A DNA stretch of 47,669 nt from Bacteroidales bacterium (GTDB taxonomy: Bacteria; Bacteroidota; Bacteroidia; Bacteroidales; WCHB1-69), in the NCBI GenBank assembly GCA_017633495.1, contig JAGBPE010000112.1:1-47669 (forward strand). Reading direction: 5' to 3'. The translations under genes and the position numbers were made by a program. Under the pieces are notes generated by a model, which was not told where the DNA came from, made no database searches, and saw nothing but the letters and a program-made list of their open reading frames with translations. This document shows positions 36,098 through 45,006 of this stretch, one piece after another. Position 1 is the first letter of the stretch, and the number at the start of each line of letters is the position of its first letter.

Positions 36098-36132
36098 AAT
36101 TACTAATTACTCATTACTAATTACTCATTATT
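36098..36132. repeat. Heptad tandem repeat (plus strand AATTACT x2, CATTACT, AATTACT, CATTATT; minus strand AGTAATT/AGTAATG)
   Basis: Contains the ATP-grasp gene stop (36121-36123) and its last codons. Lies upstream of the fusion gene start. Confidence 0.85.
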
Positions 36133-37008
36133 GAGCTTTACCATACTGCCGAAGAGCAGGTCGCTTTCGGGCAGACGTCCGTAGTCGAAGCCGCCGCCGG
36201 GAGTGAAGGTCAACTCGCCGAAATAGGCTTGCCCACGCTCCAAGTAGAAGTCGGCACGCACAAACGGGAACGGTTTGGAGAGCGTTTCGGCGTAATCGAA
36301 CAGCTGGTACATGCCTTCGGGTTTCGGAATGGTGAACCCTTCTGGTGCCGCTTGTCCCTGACGGTTAAGACGTTGCAGCTGCCAGTCGCGGTCGAAGAAG
36401 TAGAAGGCCGGCTTCTGTCCCTCCTCGCGTCCGATGCAGCAGAGCACATATTTCGCCACCCCGTTGAAGCAGTAGAATTTGTAGTCCACAGGCGAATGTC
36501 CGTGCTCCGGTTCGATGAATTTCTCGCAAAGCAGTACTTTCTCTTTGATATCGTACTGAGGTTCAGCGGCTAACAGATGGAATTTGAGCTTTCCGAAGCG
36601 TTTCAAATCGCGGATTGCCGCCGCTTTGTCCAACTTTTGTTTGTCAAAACAGACCACGTTTCCGCCGTTGCCAAAATTCCATTTCAGCACAAACTTGTTC
36701 GGCAGCGCGTCCCAGTCAATCTCGTCAGGGTCGTGGTAAGTGGCAATGACTTCCGTCAGAATGTGCTCCAGACCATTGTCTTTCACATAATTACGCACCT
36801 GCCATTTGTCTGCGCATTGCTTCACCAACTCATTGTCTTTGTAGTAATACAGCTTCATCCACTGGATTTTCTCGTCCAGCGTCTGCGGGTTCTCCAAGTC
36901 CGGCTTCCGGTGATGACAGAGCCTAAACAGCAGATTGATCGTCCATTTCGGGGAGATTGTCGTCAGCAGATAGCGGAACCATATATTCGGGGTAGAGCGT
37001 AAATCCAT
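36121..37008 (-). CDS. TupA-like ATP-grasp family protein (glycan amidoligase-type)
   Basis: ENPQTLDEKIQWMKLYY..VRNYV.. and C-terminal RADFY..GELTFTPGGG, characteristic of ATPgrasp_TupA. Confidence 0.8.
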   Translation of the reverse strand: MDLRSTPNIWFRYLLTTISPKWTINLLFRLCHHRKPDLENPQTLDEKIQWMKLYYYKDNELVKQCADKWQVRNYVKDNGLEHILTEVIATYHDPDEIDWDALPNKFVLKWNFGNGGNVVCFDKQKLDKAAAIRDLKRFGKLKFHLLAAEPQYDIKEKVLLCEKFIEPEHGHSPVDYKFYCFNGVAKYVLCCIGREEGQKPAFYFFDRDWQLQRLNRQGQAAPEGFTIPKPEGMYQLFDYAETLSKPFPFVRADFYLERGQAYFGELTFTPGGGFDYGRLPESDLLFGSMVKLNNE

Positions 37009-37013
37009 ATTCG

Positions 37014-38462
37014 TTATTTTCTGTGAATGACTTTGGCAAAAATGCCCAAATAGGTGTTTAACTCCTCCATTTTCAATAATTTAGCTAACAAAATATAGAG
37101 ACCAAGGTAGAGGATGATTTGTATCAGCATGGTGAGATAGATGTGGCAGGGAAGGGTGAGTCCGAGCGCGTAGGTCAGTGCACCGACGACCAGTGCGAGT
37201 ATAAGAACAGGGCCAAAATCGCCTAACTGTCTGAAAACGCCGTAGTTAATCAGCTTTTTATTGACTAAAGCATTGATGATGAAGCTGATATATGAGACGC
37301 TTGCCACTGCCCACAGCAGTCCGAAGATACCGAAACGCATACCGAACAGAATCAGACCAATGCCAATCAGACGCTTGACGATTTGAATGACGAAGTAGAT
37401 CTTGCCTTTTCCTAACGACTTGATAACGTTCGTGTTAAGCGTATTAACAGCATAAATTAGCCCGGAGATACAAAGGATTTGGAAGTAAGGAGAGGAGGCT
37501 TCCCACTTGCTGCCGTAGAGCAAGCAAATGAGCGGCTGTGCGACGATCATGAGCAAGATCATCATCGGGAAATTGAGGAAGGTGAGGGCTTTAGTGCTTT
37601 TGCGGACACCTGCCAACAGCCGTTCCGAATCGTCCTGAAGGCTGGCAAAAGCTGGAAATGTGACATCGTTGACGATAGACGAGAGCCCCGTGACGGGTAT
37701 TTCTTCCAGTTTTTTGGCTTGTGAAAAGTATCCTAAATCACTGGCAGAGAATCGCTTGCCGATAATCAGACCCTGGAGGTTCGTGTAGATGGTTTCTGCC
37801 AAGGAGGAGAGCAGCATCAGACCGCCGAAGCTGAAAAGACTTTTGAGCGATTCAAAGCTAAACTCCCACGTTGGCCGCCACGTGCTCATCTTCCAGAGTA
37901 ACAGCACGTTGACGATTGAGGCGAGGATGGCGGAGGCCACCAAGCTCCATGGTCCGAAACCACGCAGCGCCAACGGGATGGCGATGAGTGTTCCCGCCAA
38001 TGCAGCAGCCATGTTTCGGATGGCTAACGCCTTGAAATTCATCTGTTTCTGCAACTGGGTATATTGCACAATGGAGAAAGATTGGATAATCAGTACCAAA
38101 CTTTGTACCCGTAGTAGCGGTTTCACCAAAGGCAATGCGTAATAGTCGGCAATGAAAGGTGCGGAAACATACAATATGAGGTAAAAAATCACAGCCACGA
38201 CCAGATTCCAGTAGAAAACGGTGGAGTAGTCAATGTGGTCGGGGTTCTTCTTTTGGATGAGTGCGGCGCCTAATCCGCCTTGGATGAAGATGTTAGAGAC
38301 AGCGAGAAAGATAGCCAGCATGGCGATGGTTCCGAAGTCCTCCGGCATAAGAAGACGAGCGAGTACGAGGTTGGTTAGGAAGTTGATAGCTAATGTTCCC
38401 ACCTTCCCCACGGCACCCCACATCATGCCGAAAACCGTTTTGTCTTTCAAGTTATCTCCCAT
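37014..38462 (-). CDS. wzx: Wzx-type polysaccharide flippase (MOP superfamily)
   Basis: 482 aa with about 12-14 TM helices. The N-terminus (..GMMWGAVGKVGTLAINFLTNLVLARLL.PEDFG) is typical of PST flippases. Confidence 0.8.
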   Translation of the reverse strand: MGDNLKDKTVFGMMWGAVGKVGTLAINFLTNLVLARLLMPEDFGTIAMLAIFLAVSNIFIQGGLGAALIQKKNPDHIDYSTVFYWNLVVAVIFYLILYVSAPFIADYYALPLVKPLLRVQSLVLIIQSFSIVQYTQLQKQMNFKALAIRNMAAALAGTLIAIPLALRGFGPWSLVASAILASIVNVLLLWKMSTWRPTWEFSFESLKSLFSFGGLMLLSSLAETIYTNLQGLIIGKRFSASDLGYFSQAKKLEEIPVTGLSSIVNDVTFPAFASLQDDSERLLAGVRKSTKALTFLNFPMMILLMIVAQPLICLLYGSKWEASSPYFQILCISGLIYAVNTLNTNVIKSLGKGKIYFVIQIVKRLIGIGLILFGMRFGIFGLLWAVASVSYISFIINALVNKKLINYGVFRQLGDFGPVLILALVVGALTYALGLTLPCHIYLTMLIQIILYLGLYILLAKLLKMEELNTYLGIFAKVIHRK

Positions 38463-38467
38463 CTTTT

Positions 38468-39547
38468 CTACTCAATGGCGGTGCAAATGTCTTCTTTTGT
38501 AACCGTTTCTTTATCAAGTAAATATTGGATTGTTCGGGAAGATTTCCGGAAATCTTTTCCCAAAAGAGCCCCTGCCAGCGTGATGATGGAATCGGCAATG
38601 GAAGTGTCGGTGCCGACCACCTCGCCAATGGAGGAGAAGAGTCCTAAACCGTTGGGTACGTCTTCGTTGAGGTAGCGGTGATCAATCATGGCAGGTCCTT
38701 TGTTGGCGGCCTTGGAGAAGTCGTGGAACACATCCATGGCATCACGGGAGAGGTCGCGCTCGTTGCGCCATTTGGCCGCTTCGAAGTAGTTGAGCGGTTC
38801 GCAGCCAAACTCCTGTAACAGGTTGTTCTTCTGCACATCAAAGTCGCGAATCACCTTCAGAACGGAGGGCGTGAAGGCCTCTTTGTACATCCAGAACTCC
38901 CCGTGGCTGTGCTCTATACGCGCGGCGGAAAAGAGCATTCCGATGGGATGCACGATCATGTTTGGATTGTGCATCGCTGATTCCAAAATGTGCTTGCGCA
39001 GGTATTTGGTGTTCTCGAACAAACTGGAAAAAAGTTCGACCACCCGCTCCGACTGCGATACGGGCAACACAGAAACGGCGTTTCGCGGGTTGTAGAAGGT
39101 GATGCGGACGAACAGGTCCATGATGCGGCCGTTGTAGGCGGTCGTTTCCCACTCGCTGTAGATGACGTTTTTGTGGATATGTTTTTTGAATATCAGGCTG
39201 CCCATGTAGCCGGGAACCAGCACAATAATCTGATTGTCTTTGACATACGGGGCGATTAACTTGGCCACATCTTCGTGACAAAGCGTAGTGGTCATCACCA
39301 TGATGATGTCGGCGAAGGTGATGGCCTTCTCGACATCGCGTGTGATGAAGGCTGGTTTCGCGAAAAAGAAGCGACCGTGGTTGGTCTCATCTTTCACATT
39401 GAAGCCGCCCTCCTGCTGCATCAACTCGAAAAATTTCCCATTTACCGAGTCCGAAGTCTTCAACAATCCGACCTCTATATTCTGTTCAATCAGCTTGGCG
39501 GCGTGAACCAGACCGGAATTGCCGCAGCCGATGATTGTGATTCTCAT
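38468..39547 (-). CDS. NAD(P)-dependent octopine/nopaline (opine) dehydrogenase family protein
   Basis: N-terminal Rossmann motif ITIIGCGNSG. C-terminal family motif HRYLNEDVPNGLGLFSSIG..T..D.II. Confidence 0.8.
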   Translation of the reverse strand: MRITIIGCGNSGLVHAAKLIEQNIEVGLLKTSDSVNGKFFELMQQEGGFNVKDETNHGRFFFAKPAFITRDVEKAITFADIIMVMTTTLCHEDVAKLIAPYVKDNQIIVLVPGYMGSLIFKKHIHKNVIYSEWETTAYNGRIMDLFVRITFYNPRNAVSVLPVSQSERVVELFSSLFENTKYLRKHILESAMHNPNMIVHPIGMLFSAARIEHSHGEFWMYKEAFTPSVLKVIRDFDVQKNNLLQEFGCEPLNYFEAAKWRNERDLSRDAMDVFHDFSKAANKGPAMIDHRYLNEDVPNGLGLFSSIGEVVGTDTSIADSIITLAGALLGKDFRKSSRTIQYLLDKETVTKEDICTAIE

Positions 39548-39603
39548 ATAAGTATCAATAAGTCAATAATATACAAAAACAATATTTACTTGACATAAAA
39601 CAA

Positions 39604-39611
39604 CAAAAATA
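39604..39611 (-). promoter_or_regulatory. -7 box TATTTTTG for the glycan module (opine-DH first gene)
   Basis: Lies 57 nt upstream of the ATG at 39547 in a 213-bp AT-rich divergent region. Confidence 0.35.
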
Positions 39612-39711
39612 AGATTTTTCAAATAGACTTTGACATTTTAACAATTATTAAGATTCGAAAATACTAATCACAGAGTTTTTGCGTTACTCTAAACTTTCAA
39701 AAATAAAATTG

Positions 39712-39719
39712 TATTTTTG
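39712..39719 (+). promoter_or_regulatory. -7 box TATTTTTG for the PASTA-domain gene
   Basis: Lies 42 nt upstream of the ATG at 39761. Confidence 0.5.
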
Positions 39720-39760
39720 CAGGTTTAAAAAAATAACGTTTTACAGAGAGAATCGTACTC

Positions 39761-40360
39761 ATGAACAAACAGAAAACTAGGCGATTGACTCCCGATAAGG
39801 TGAGTTACCATATACTGCTGGCCATCTTGGTCACCATCGTGATTTTTGCGCTTACCATCCTGTTTCTCAGGCTCTTCACTCGTCATGGACGCGAAATTGA
39901 GATGCCCTCATACGTAGGCCGTTCCGCAGAGGAGCTGACGCAACAGGGCCGGACAGAAGGGTTCGTCTTCGTGGTGAACGACGAGTTATTCGAGAATGGT
40001 GCTGAACCGGGTACAGTGCTGAAACAGAACCCGTTGCCTGGCGAGAAAGTGAAAAAAGGGCGCAAAGTCTATCTGACTGTCGCTGCTGCCGAACCTCCGA
40101 CCATCAAGATGTTGGAATTGAGAGACTTGTCGCTTCGTCAAGCGCAAATTATGATTGAATCGCAGGGATTGGTACTGGACCGTGTCATCGAAAAACCCAG
40201 TCCCTACGAAAACGTAGTGTTAGAGGTGCTCTACAAGGGTCACTCCATCGCGCTGGGCACTCCTATCAAGCAGGGTGAGAAAATCACGTTGGTGGTAGGT
40301 AAGAACATCGGCGACCTGCCAGACAGCACCGAAATCGTAACTTCAGAAAATCAAATGTAA
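39761..40360 (+). CDS. PASTA domain-containing membrane protein
   Basis: One TM helix followed by two PASTA-like repeats (VPSYVGRSAEEL.., LELRDLSLRQAQ..). Confidence 0.75.
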   Translation: MNKQKTRRLTPDKVSYHILLAILVTIVIFALTILFLRLFTRHGREIEMPSYVGRSAEELTQQGRTEGFVFVVNDELFENGAEPGTVLKQNPLPGEKVKKGRKVYLTVAAAEPPTIKMLELRDLSLRQAQIMIESQGLVLDRVIEKPSPYENVVLEVLYKGHSIALGTPIKQGEKITLVVGKNIGDLPDSTEIVTSENQM

Positions 40361-40384
40361 AAACCATATTGACAAATTAACTAT

Positions 40385-42517
40385 ATGAATTACAGACTGA
40401 AAATCAGCACTTTATTATTAATTTTGATTCCATTTTTCGGCATTTCGCAAGAGATGCTCACGGGTACCGTTCAGAACCCAGCTATCGTGAAGGCAGCCAA
40501 AAAGTGGACGCCCTCACAACGTAGCGTTGAAGCGGTGACCCCCCCCTTCGTAGACGACTTCTCCAACTATTCCGGATATCCAGATTCCCGTTTGTGGAAA
40601 GACCGTCAGGGATTTGTCAACACCGGTTTTGCCGTTCTTCCGCCTAGCATTGGAGTGGTCACCTTGGATGCGCTGAACGAATATGGCCAGGTTTATCCCC
40701 AGGCCTCCCATGTCACTTTTCCAGCCGATACGCTGACTTCCAATCCGATACGATTGGATAGCAACTTCCTGCAAAACAGAGTGATGCTCGCCGAAGATTC
40801 TATCTATTTCAGTTTCTATTACCAACCTGGCGGAGGTAGCCGAGATCCTGATGCGGGTGGTTGGGAAATCATTGGCGATGCACCGGAACATTCAGACAAG
40901 TTGGTGCTTGAATTCGGCTACGGCACAGGTGACACCGTCTTTGCTGGCTTTATCTATGGTGAGTATATCATTGAGGAAGGTCAGTATTATTCCACGGGAG
41001 ATACCATTGAAAATCCTTTTATACCAGGTACTTACTATATTTTTGAAAGTGATGCTTATGCCGGGGAAACCATCTTGATGCCTGTGGACTCCATCTTCGA
41101 GGAAGCATTTGTTTGGAACGAAGTTTGGTCATCGTTTGGTTGCAATGTGAGCGATTGGCTGGCTGAGAATTCGTTAGAGTATTTCAAACAAGTGATGATT
41201 CCGATTACTGATCCGCAATATTTCCGCAATAATTTCCAGTTCCGCTTCCGGAATTATGCCAGTTTGGATATTGATTCGTGGACAGGTGCTAATATCGTTG
41301 GCTGGTCGAGCAATTGTGACCAATGGAACATCGACTACGTGCGACTGGATCTCAATCGCCGCATCAATGACCTATATCCGAACGATGTGGCGTACGTAAC
41401 TCCATCAATGTCAACATTGAAGGAATATCAAGCCATGCCGTGGAAGCAGTATCGTCCTTCGGATATGATTACGCAGTTTCACAACGATCTGAGCAATCTA
41501 TCCAATACGGTCAAGAATACGAGCTACACGTTCAACATTGTGAAAAACCACGAACAGACAATCTATGTCTCCCCGCTGAACAATGAGAATGCGCAGCCCT
41601 ATTATCCTCACGGACTGCATGATGCAGTGTATCACGTATCTCCGCAATTGGATATGCAGTACGAATATGACAATAAGGACAGCGCGGTCTTTACTATCAC
41701 GCACATTTTCAGCATGGTGGGTGCCAATGATGAACGTAGAACGAATGATACATCCCGTTTCGAGCAGAAATTCTACAACTACTATGCTTACGATGATGGT
41801 ACAGCAGAAGCAGGCTATTGTCTGCTCTCAACCATGACAAACCCGCAGGCATCCTTTGCCGTGCAATTTACGTTGGCAGAGCCCGACACCCTGCAGGCCG
41901 TGCGTATGTGGTTCAACCACACGCTCAATGATGAAAATGTGGCACCTTTCACACTGAAGGTTTGGGGCGATAACAGCGGAATTCCTGGCGATGTGCTCTA
42001 CGAATTAGAAGCGCAATTGCCTGAGTTTGCGGATGATTATCTCGATTTTGTAACCTACTATCTGGAAGAACCGCTACCGATTTCCGGCACTTTTTACGTC
42101 GGTTTCCATCAAAACCATGATGTGCAGCTGAACATCGGTTTCGACCAGAACAATGATGCTTCCGGCAAGTTCTTCTATCGCACTGCTGCAAATTGGAACG
42201 CCTCTTTCTACAAAGGCGCGCCCATGGTTCGTCCTGTGGTGGGCAAGTCGTTTGACCATTCCGGCATAAAACCGCATGAAATGCCTTCCGACATTACCCT
42301 TTACCCCAATCCCACAAAGGGTGTTGTTTATATTGAAACTGCTGATATTGAAGAAGATATGACCTATATGATTTTGAATGCCTACGGACAATGTTTGGAG
42401 ACGGGCACCTTGCAGTCCCAAGAACTCTCTTTGGTGAAATATCCGGTCGGCATCTATTTCATACAGCTCTCCTCTAACAACCATCCTATCATCACCAAAA
42501 AAATTATCAAACAATAA
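40385..42517 (+). CDS. T9SS C-terminal-sorting-domain secreted protein (function unknown)
   Basis: Signal peptide, and a C-terminal ..ITLYPNPTKGVVYIE..GIYFIQL.. type-A T9SS sorting domain. Confidence 0.8.
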   Translation: MNYRLKISTLLLILIPFFGISQEMLTGTVQNPAIVKAAKKWTPSQRSVEAVTPPFVDDFSNYSGYPDSRLWKDRQGFVNTGFAVLPPSIGVVTLDALNEYGQVYPQASHVTFPADTLTSNPIRLDSNFLQNRVMLAEDSIYFSFYYQPGGGSRDPDAGGWEIIGDAPEHSDKLVLEFGYGTGDTVFAGFIYGEYIIEEGQYYSTGDTIENPFIPGTYYIFESDAYAGETILMPVDSIFEEAFVWNEVWSSFGCNVSDWLAENSLEYFKQVMIPITDPQYFRNNFQFRFRNYASLDIDSWTGANIVGWSSNCDQWNIDYVRLDLNRRINDLYPNDVAYVTPSMSTLKEYQAMPWKQYRPSDMITQFHNDLSNLSNTVKNTSYTFNIVKNHEQTIYVSPLNNENAQPYYPHGLHDAVYHVSPQLDMQYEYDNKDSAVFTITHIFSMVGANDERRTNDTSRFEQKFYNYYAYDDGTAEAGYCLLSTMTNPQASFAVQFTLAEPDTLQAVRMWFNHTLNDENVAPFTLKVWGDNSGIPGDVLYELEAQLPEFADDYLDFVTYYLEEPLPISGTFYVGFHQNHDVQLNIGFDQNNDASGKFFYRTAANWNASFYKGAPMVRPVVGKSFDHSGIKPHEMPSDITLYPNPTKGVVYIETADIEEDMTYMILNAYGQCLETGTLQSQELSLVKYPVGIYFIQLSSNNHPIITKKIIKQ

Positions 42518-42518
42518 T

Positions 42519-43346
42519 ATGAAGTTCAATTTAACCAGACCTTTGGTCTTTTTTGATTTGGAAACGACCGGCTTGAATGTCGGAAAAGACAAAATAGTAG
42601 AAATTTCTCTGTTGAAAGTGATGCCTGACGGTGAAGAGATCAGCCGTACCGAGCTGATCAACCCGGGTGTCCATATTCCGGAAGAGTGCTCTGCTATCCA
42701 TGGCATTACGGATGATGATGTGCGCGAGAAACCCACTTTTGCTCAACTGGCCGACGATTTGTTGGCTTTCATCGGTGATGCGGATTTGGCCGGATTTAAC
42801 TCCAACAAATTCGATGTGCCGTTGTTGGTGGAAGAGTTCCTGCGTTCTGGTCGCCGCTTCGACCTTAGAAACCGCTATCTGATTGATGTTCAGAACATTT
42901 TCCATAAGATGGAGCCGCGTAATTTGGTTGCCGCTTACAAATTCTACTGCAATGCCGATCTGACCGATGCGCATCAGGCAACTGCCGACACCAAAGCCAC
43001 TTACGAGGTGCTGAAGGCCCAACTGGAGCGCTACGATGGAGTAGAGTATACGGATCGTAATACCAAACGCACATACGTGCCCGTGCAAAACGACGTCAAA
43101 GCCTTGAGCGCTTTCACCACGGAGCGCCAGACGGTAGACTTGGCCGGACACATCGTGATGGATGCCCAACAACGCCCTGTTTTCAACTTCGGCAAGCACA
43201 AATCAAGACCCGTGATTGAGGTCTTCAAGACGGAACCTGCCTATTACGATTGGATGATGAAGGCTGATTTCCCGCTTTACACCAAAGAGGTCATCACGCA
43301 GATTTATCATGAGGCCGCTTTGGAGAAAAAGTTTGCGAGACAATAA
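42519..43346 (+). CDS. DEDDh 3'-5' exonuclease (DnaQ-like) with a C-terminal accessory domain
   Basis: Exo I FFDLETTGL, Exo II GFNSNKFDVPLL, Exo III HQATADT. Confidence 0.85.
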   Translation: MKFNLTRPLVFFDLETTGLNVGKDKIVEISLLKVMPDGEEISRTELINPGVHIPEECSAIHGITDDDVREKPTFAQLADDLLAFIGDADLAGFNSNKFDVPLLVEEFLRSGRRFDLRNRYLIDVQNIFHKMEPRNLVAAYKFYCNADLTDAHQATADTKATYEVLKAQLERYDGVEYTDRNTKRTYVPVQNDVKALSAFTTERQTVDLAGHIVMDAQQRPVFNFGKHKSRPVIEVFKTEPAYYDWMMKADFPLYTKEVITQIYHEAALEKKFARQ

Positions 43347-43355
43347 TTGTTGATA

Positions 43356-44879
43356 TTATTCTTTAATTCTCAATGCTTTACGGATGATTCTGTTGATTTC
43401 ATCCGATATGTTCCATTTATAGCAAACCCAGATAGAAGCCATCAGTAGGAACAAACTCCTCACGATGGATTCTGCAAAGAAAGCCACTTTTTCTGAGCAT
43501 GGTAGCTTAAAGAAAACGGGGCCGATGTATCTTTGGCACAAGTGGTTCATAATCACCAGTCCTATAAGGAGGACAATGACTTTGACATGCGCCAAAGATA
43601 AGATGTTGATTCCTAACTTGATTTTGACCAGTATCAATAATAATAGATAGAATAGCGTATAGGAGAGCAATTGTGACATTGCGGCGCCGTCCATGCCCAT
43701 CCTTGGAATCAATAATACATTGAGTAGAATGGCGGAACCGGTGAGGATGAGCGTAAAAAAGAGCGACCAATAGTAATATTTGGAGTAGTTCAGCGCACTG
43801 GAACTGACAAACAGGGTAGATCCTATAATCTTGGCGATGCCCAAAATAACAACCACGCTCTTTCCTGCTTCGTATTGTTCACCGTTAGGTAAGAGCATGA
43901 ACAATGCATCGATATTAATCCAGATAAAGAAGAAGATGAGCGCACTGGAGAGCATCAAGTGCAAAGAGACTGACTTACAGAGTGTTTCAGCATGAGCATA
44001 ATCCTTGTTTTTGAAGGATTCTGAAATTTCCGGTTGCACAATAGCATTGAGCGAACGGTTTGGCACCTCCACCACCGTGGCGATGTAGTTGGCGATGGCG
44101 TAAATGCCCGTAAAAGCGAGGCCCATACCTGCACTTAAGAAAAACGTGTTCAGCATCGGCATCACATTCACGGTGATGGCATTCAACAGTAAAAACAAAG
44201 TGTAGAAGACGATATCTTTCAGCAGGGGCTTTGTAAAAATGGAAAAATCAGGTTTGAAAGAGATCTTACCCAACGTGAACAAGTAGAAGAAATCAACAAC
44301 CGCAGCGATAAAATAGGTGATGCAAAAACCGATAACCAGCCCATTCAAATCTATCACATGCCAATAGCCATACAACAGATAGGCTATCAATAGGCCCACC
44401 CTGACACCCACTTCGCGCACAAATTTCGGCACCACTATCCGCATCAGTACGTTGGCATTGGCTTCGAACACCCCCTGATACAGCATGAATAGGGCCAGCG
44501 GGAAGACGTACCGATAGTAGGTGACAAAAAGTTCTGAATTCTTTGAAAACGTCTGAATGATAGTGTTTTGCAGCAGTTTGGCCACAATCAAGAACACCAG
44601 AAAACCAACCAAAGGCACGACAAGTGTCCAAAAGAAAAAGCCGTGATGTTTCTTGTCTTCCTCTTTGAAAAAAGGGAAGAACCGGATGATGGAAGAGCTT
44701 GTTCCGAGTTGGGCGAAGCTGGAGAACAGAATGGCGGCATCGATTAACACTCGAGACAGTCCAATCTCTTCTTGGGTCAAATAGGCCGTTAAAACGAAAA
44801 AAGTGGTGAGGAACCCGATGGCGATTCCCACGTAATTGACGATGGTTCCTCTAATACTCTGTTTGATAACTATGCCCAT
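43356..44879 (-). CDS. MOP-superfamily oligosaccharide/polysaccharide flippase-like membrane protein
   Basis: 507 aa with about 14 TM helices and a PST-type N-terminus. Confidence 0.7.
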   Translation of the reverse strand: MGIVIKQSIRGTIVNYVGIAIGFLTTFFVLTAYLTQEEIGLSRVLIDAAILFSSFAQLGTSSSIIRFFPFFKEEDKKHHGFFFWTLVVPLVGFLVFLIVAKLLQNTIIQTFSKNSELFVTYYRYVFPLALFMLYQGVFEANANVLMRIVVPKFVREVGVRVGLLIAYLLYGYWHVIDLNGLVIGFCITYFIAAVVDFFYLFTLGKISFKPDFSIFTKPLLKDIVFYTLFLLLNAITVNVMPMLNTFFLSAGMGLAFTGIYAIANYIATVVEVPNRSLNAIVQPEISESFKNKDYAHAETLCKSVSLHLMLSSALIFFFIWINIDALFMLLPNGEQYEAGKSVVVILGIAKIIGSTLFVSSSALNYSKYYYWSLFFTLILTGSAILLNVLLIPRMGMDGAAMSQLLSYTLFYLLLLILVKIKLGINILSLAHVKVIVLLIGLVIMNHLCQRYIGPVFFKLPCSEKVAFFAESIVRSLFLLMASIWVCYKWNISDEINRIIRKALRIKE

Positions 44880-44901
44880 AATCTACTGCCAAAAGAAGAT
44901 G

Positions 44902-44909
44902 CAAAGGTA
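44902..44909 (-). promoter_or_regulatory. -7 box TACCTTTG for the flippase-like gene
   Basis: Lies 23 nt upstream of the ATG at 44879. Confidence 0.45.
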
Positions 44910-44951
44910 CATATTATTTCCAAACAACACACAAATTGATGATATTTTCCT

Positions 44952-44979
44952 ATAGAGACGATGTGCACATCGTCTCTAC
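44952..44979. repeat. 28-bp palindromic element, core type A (ATAGAGACGATGTGCACATCGTCTCTAC)
   Basis: Lies 28 nt downstream of the MltD-like gene stop and upstream of the flippase-like gene promoter box. The outermost base pair is lost (A instead of G). Confidence 0.9.
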
Positions 44980-45006
44980 AAATCAGGGGAATTACGATTT
45001 TGGAAA

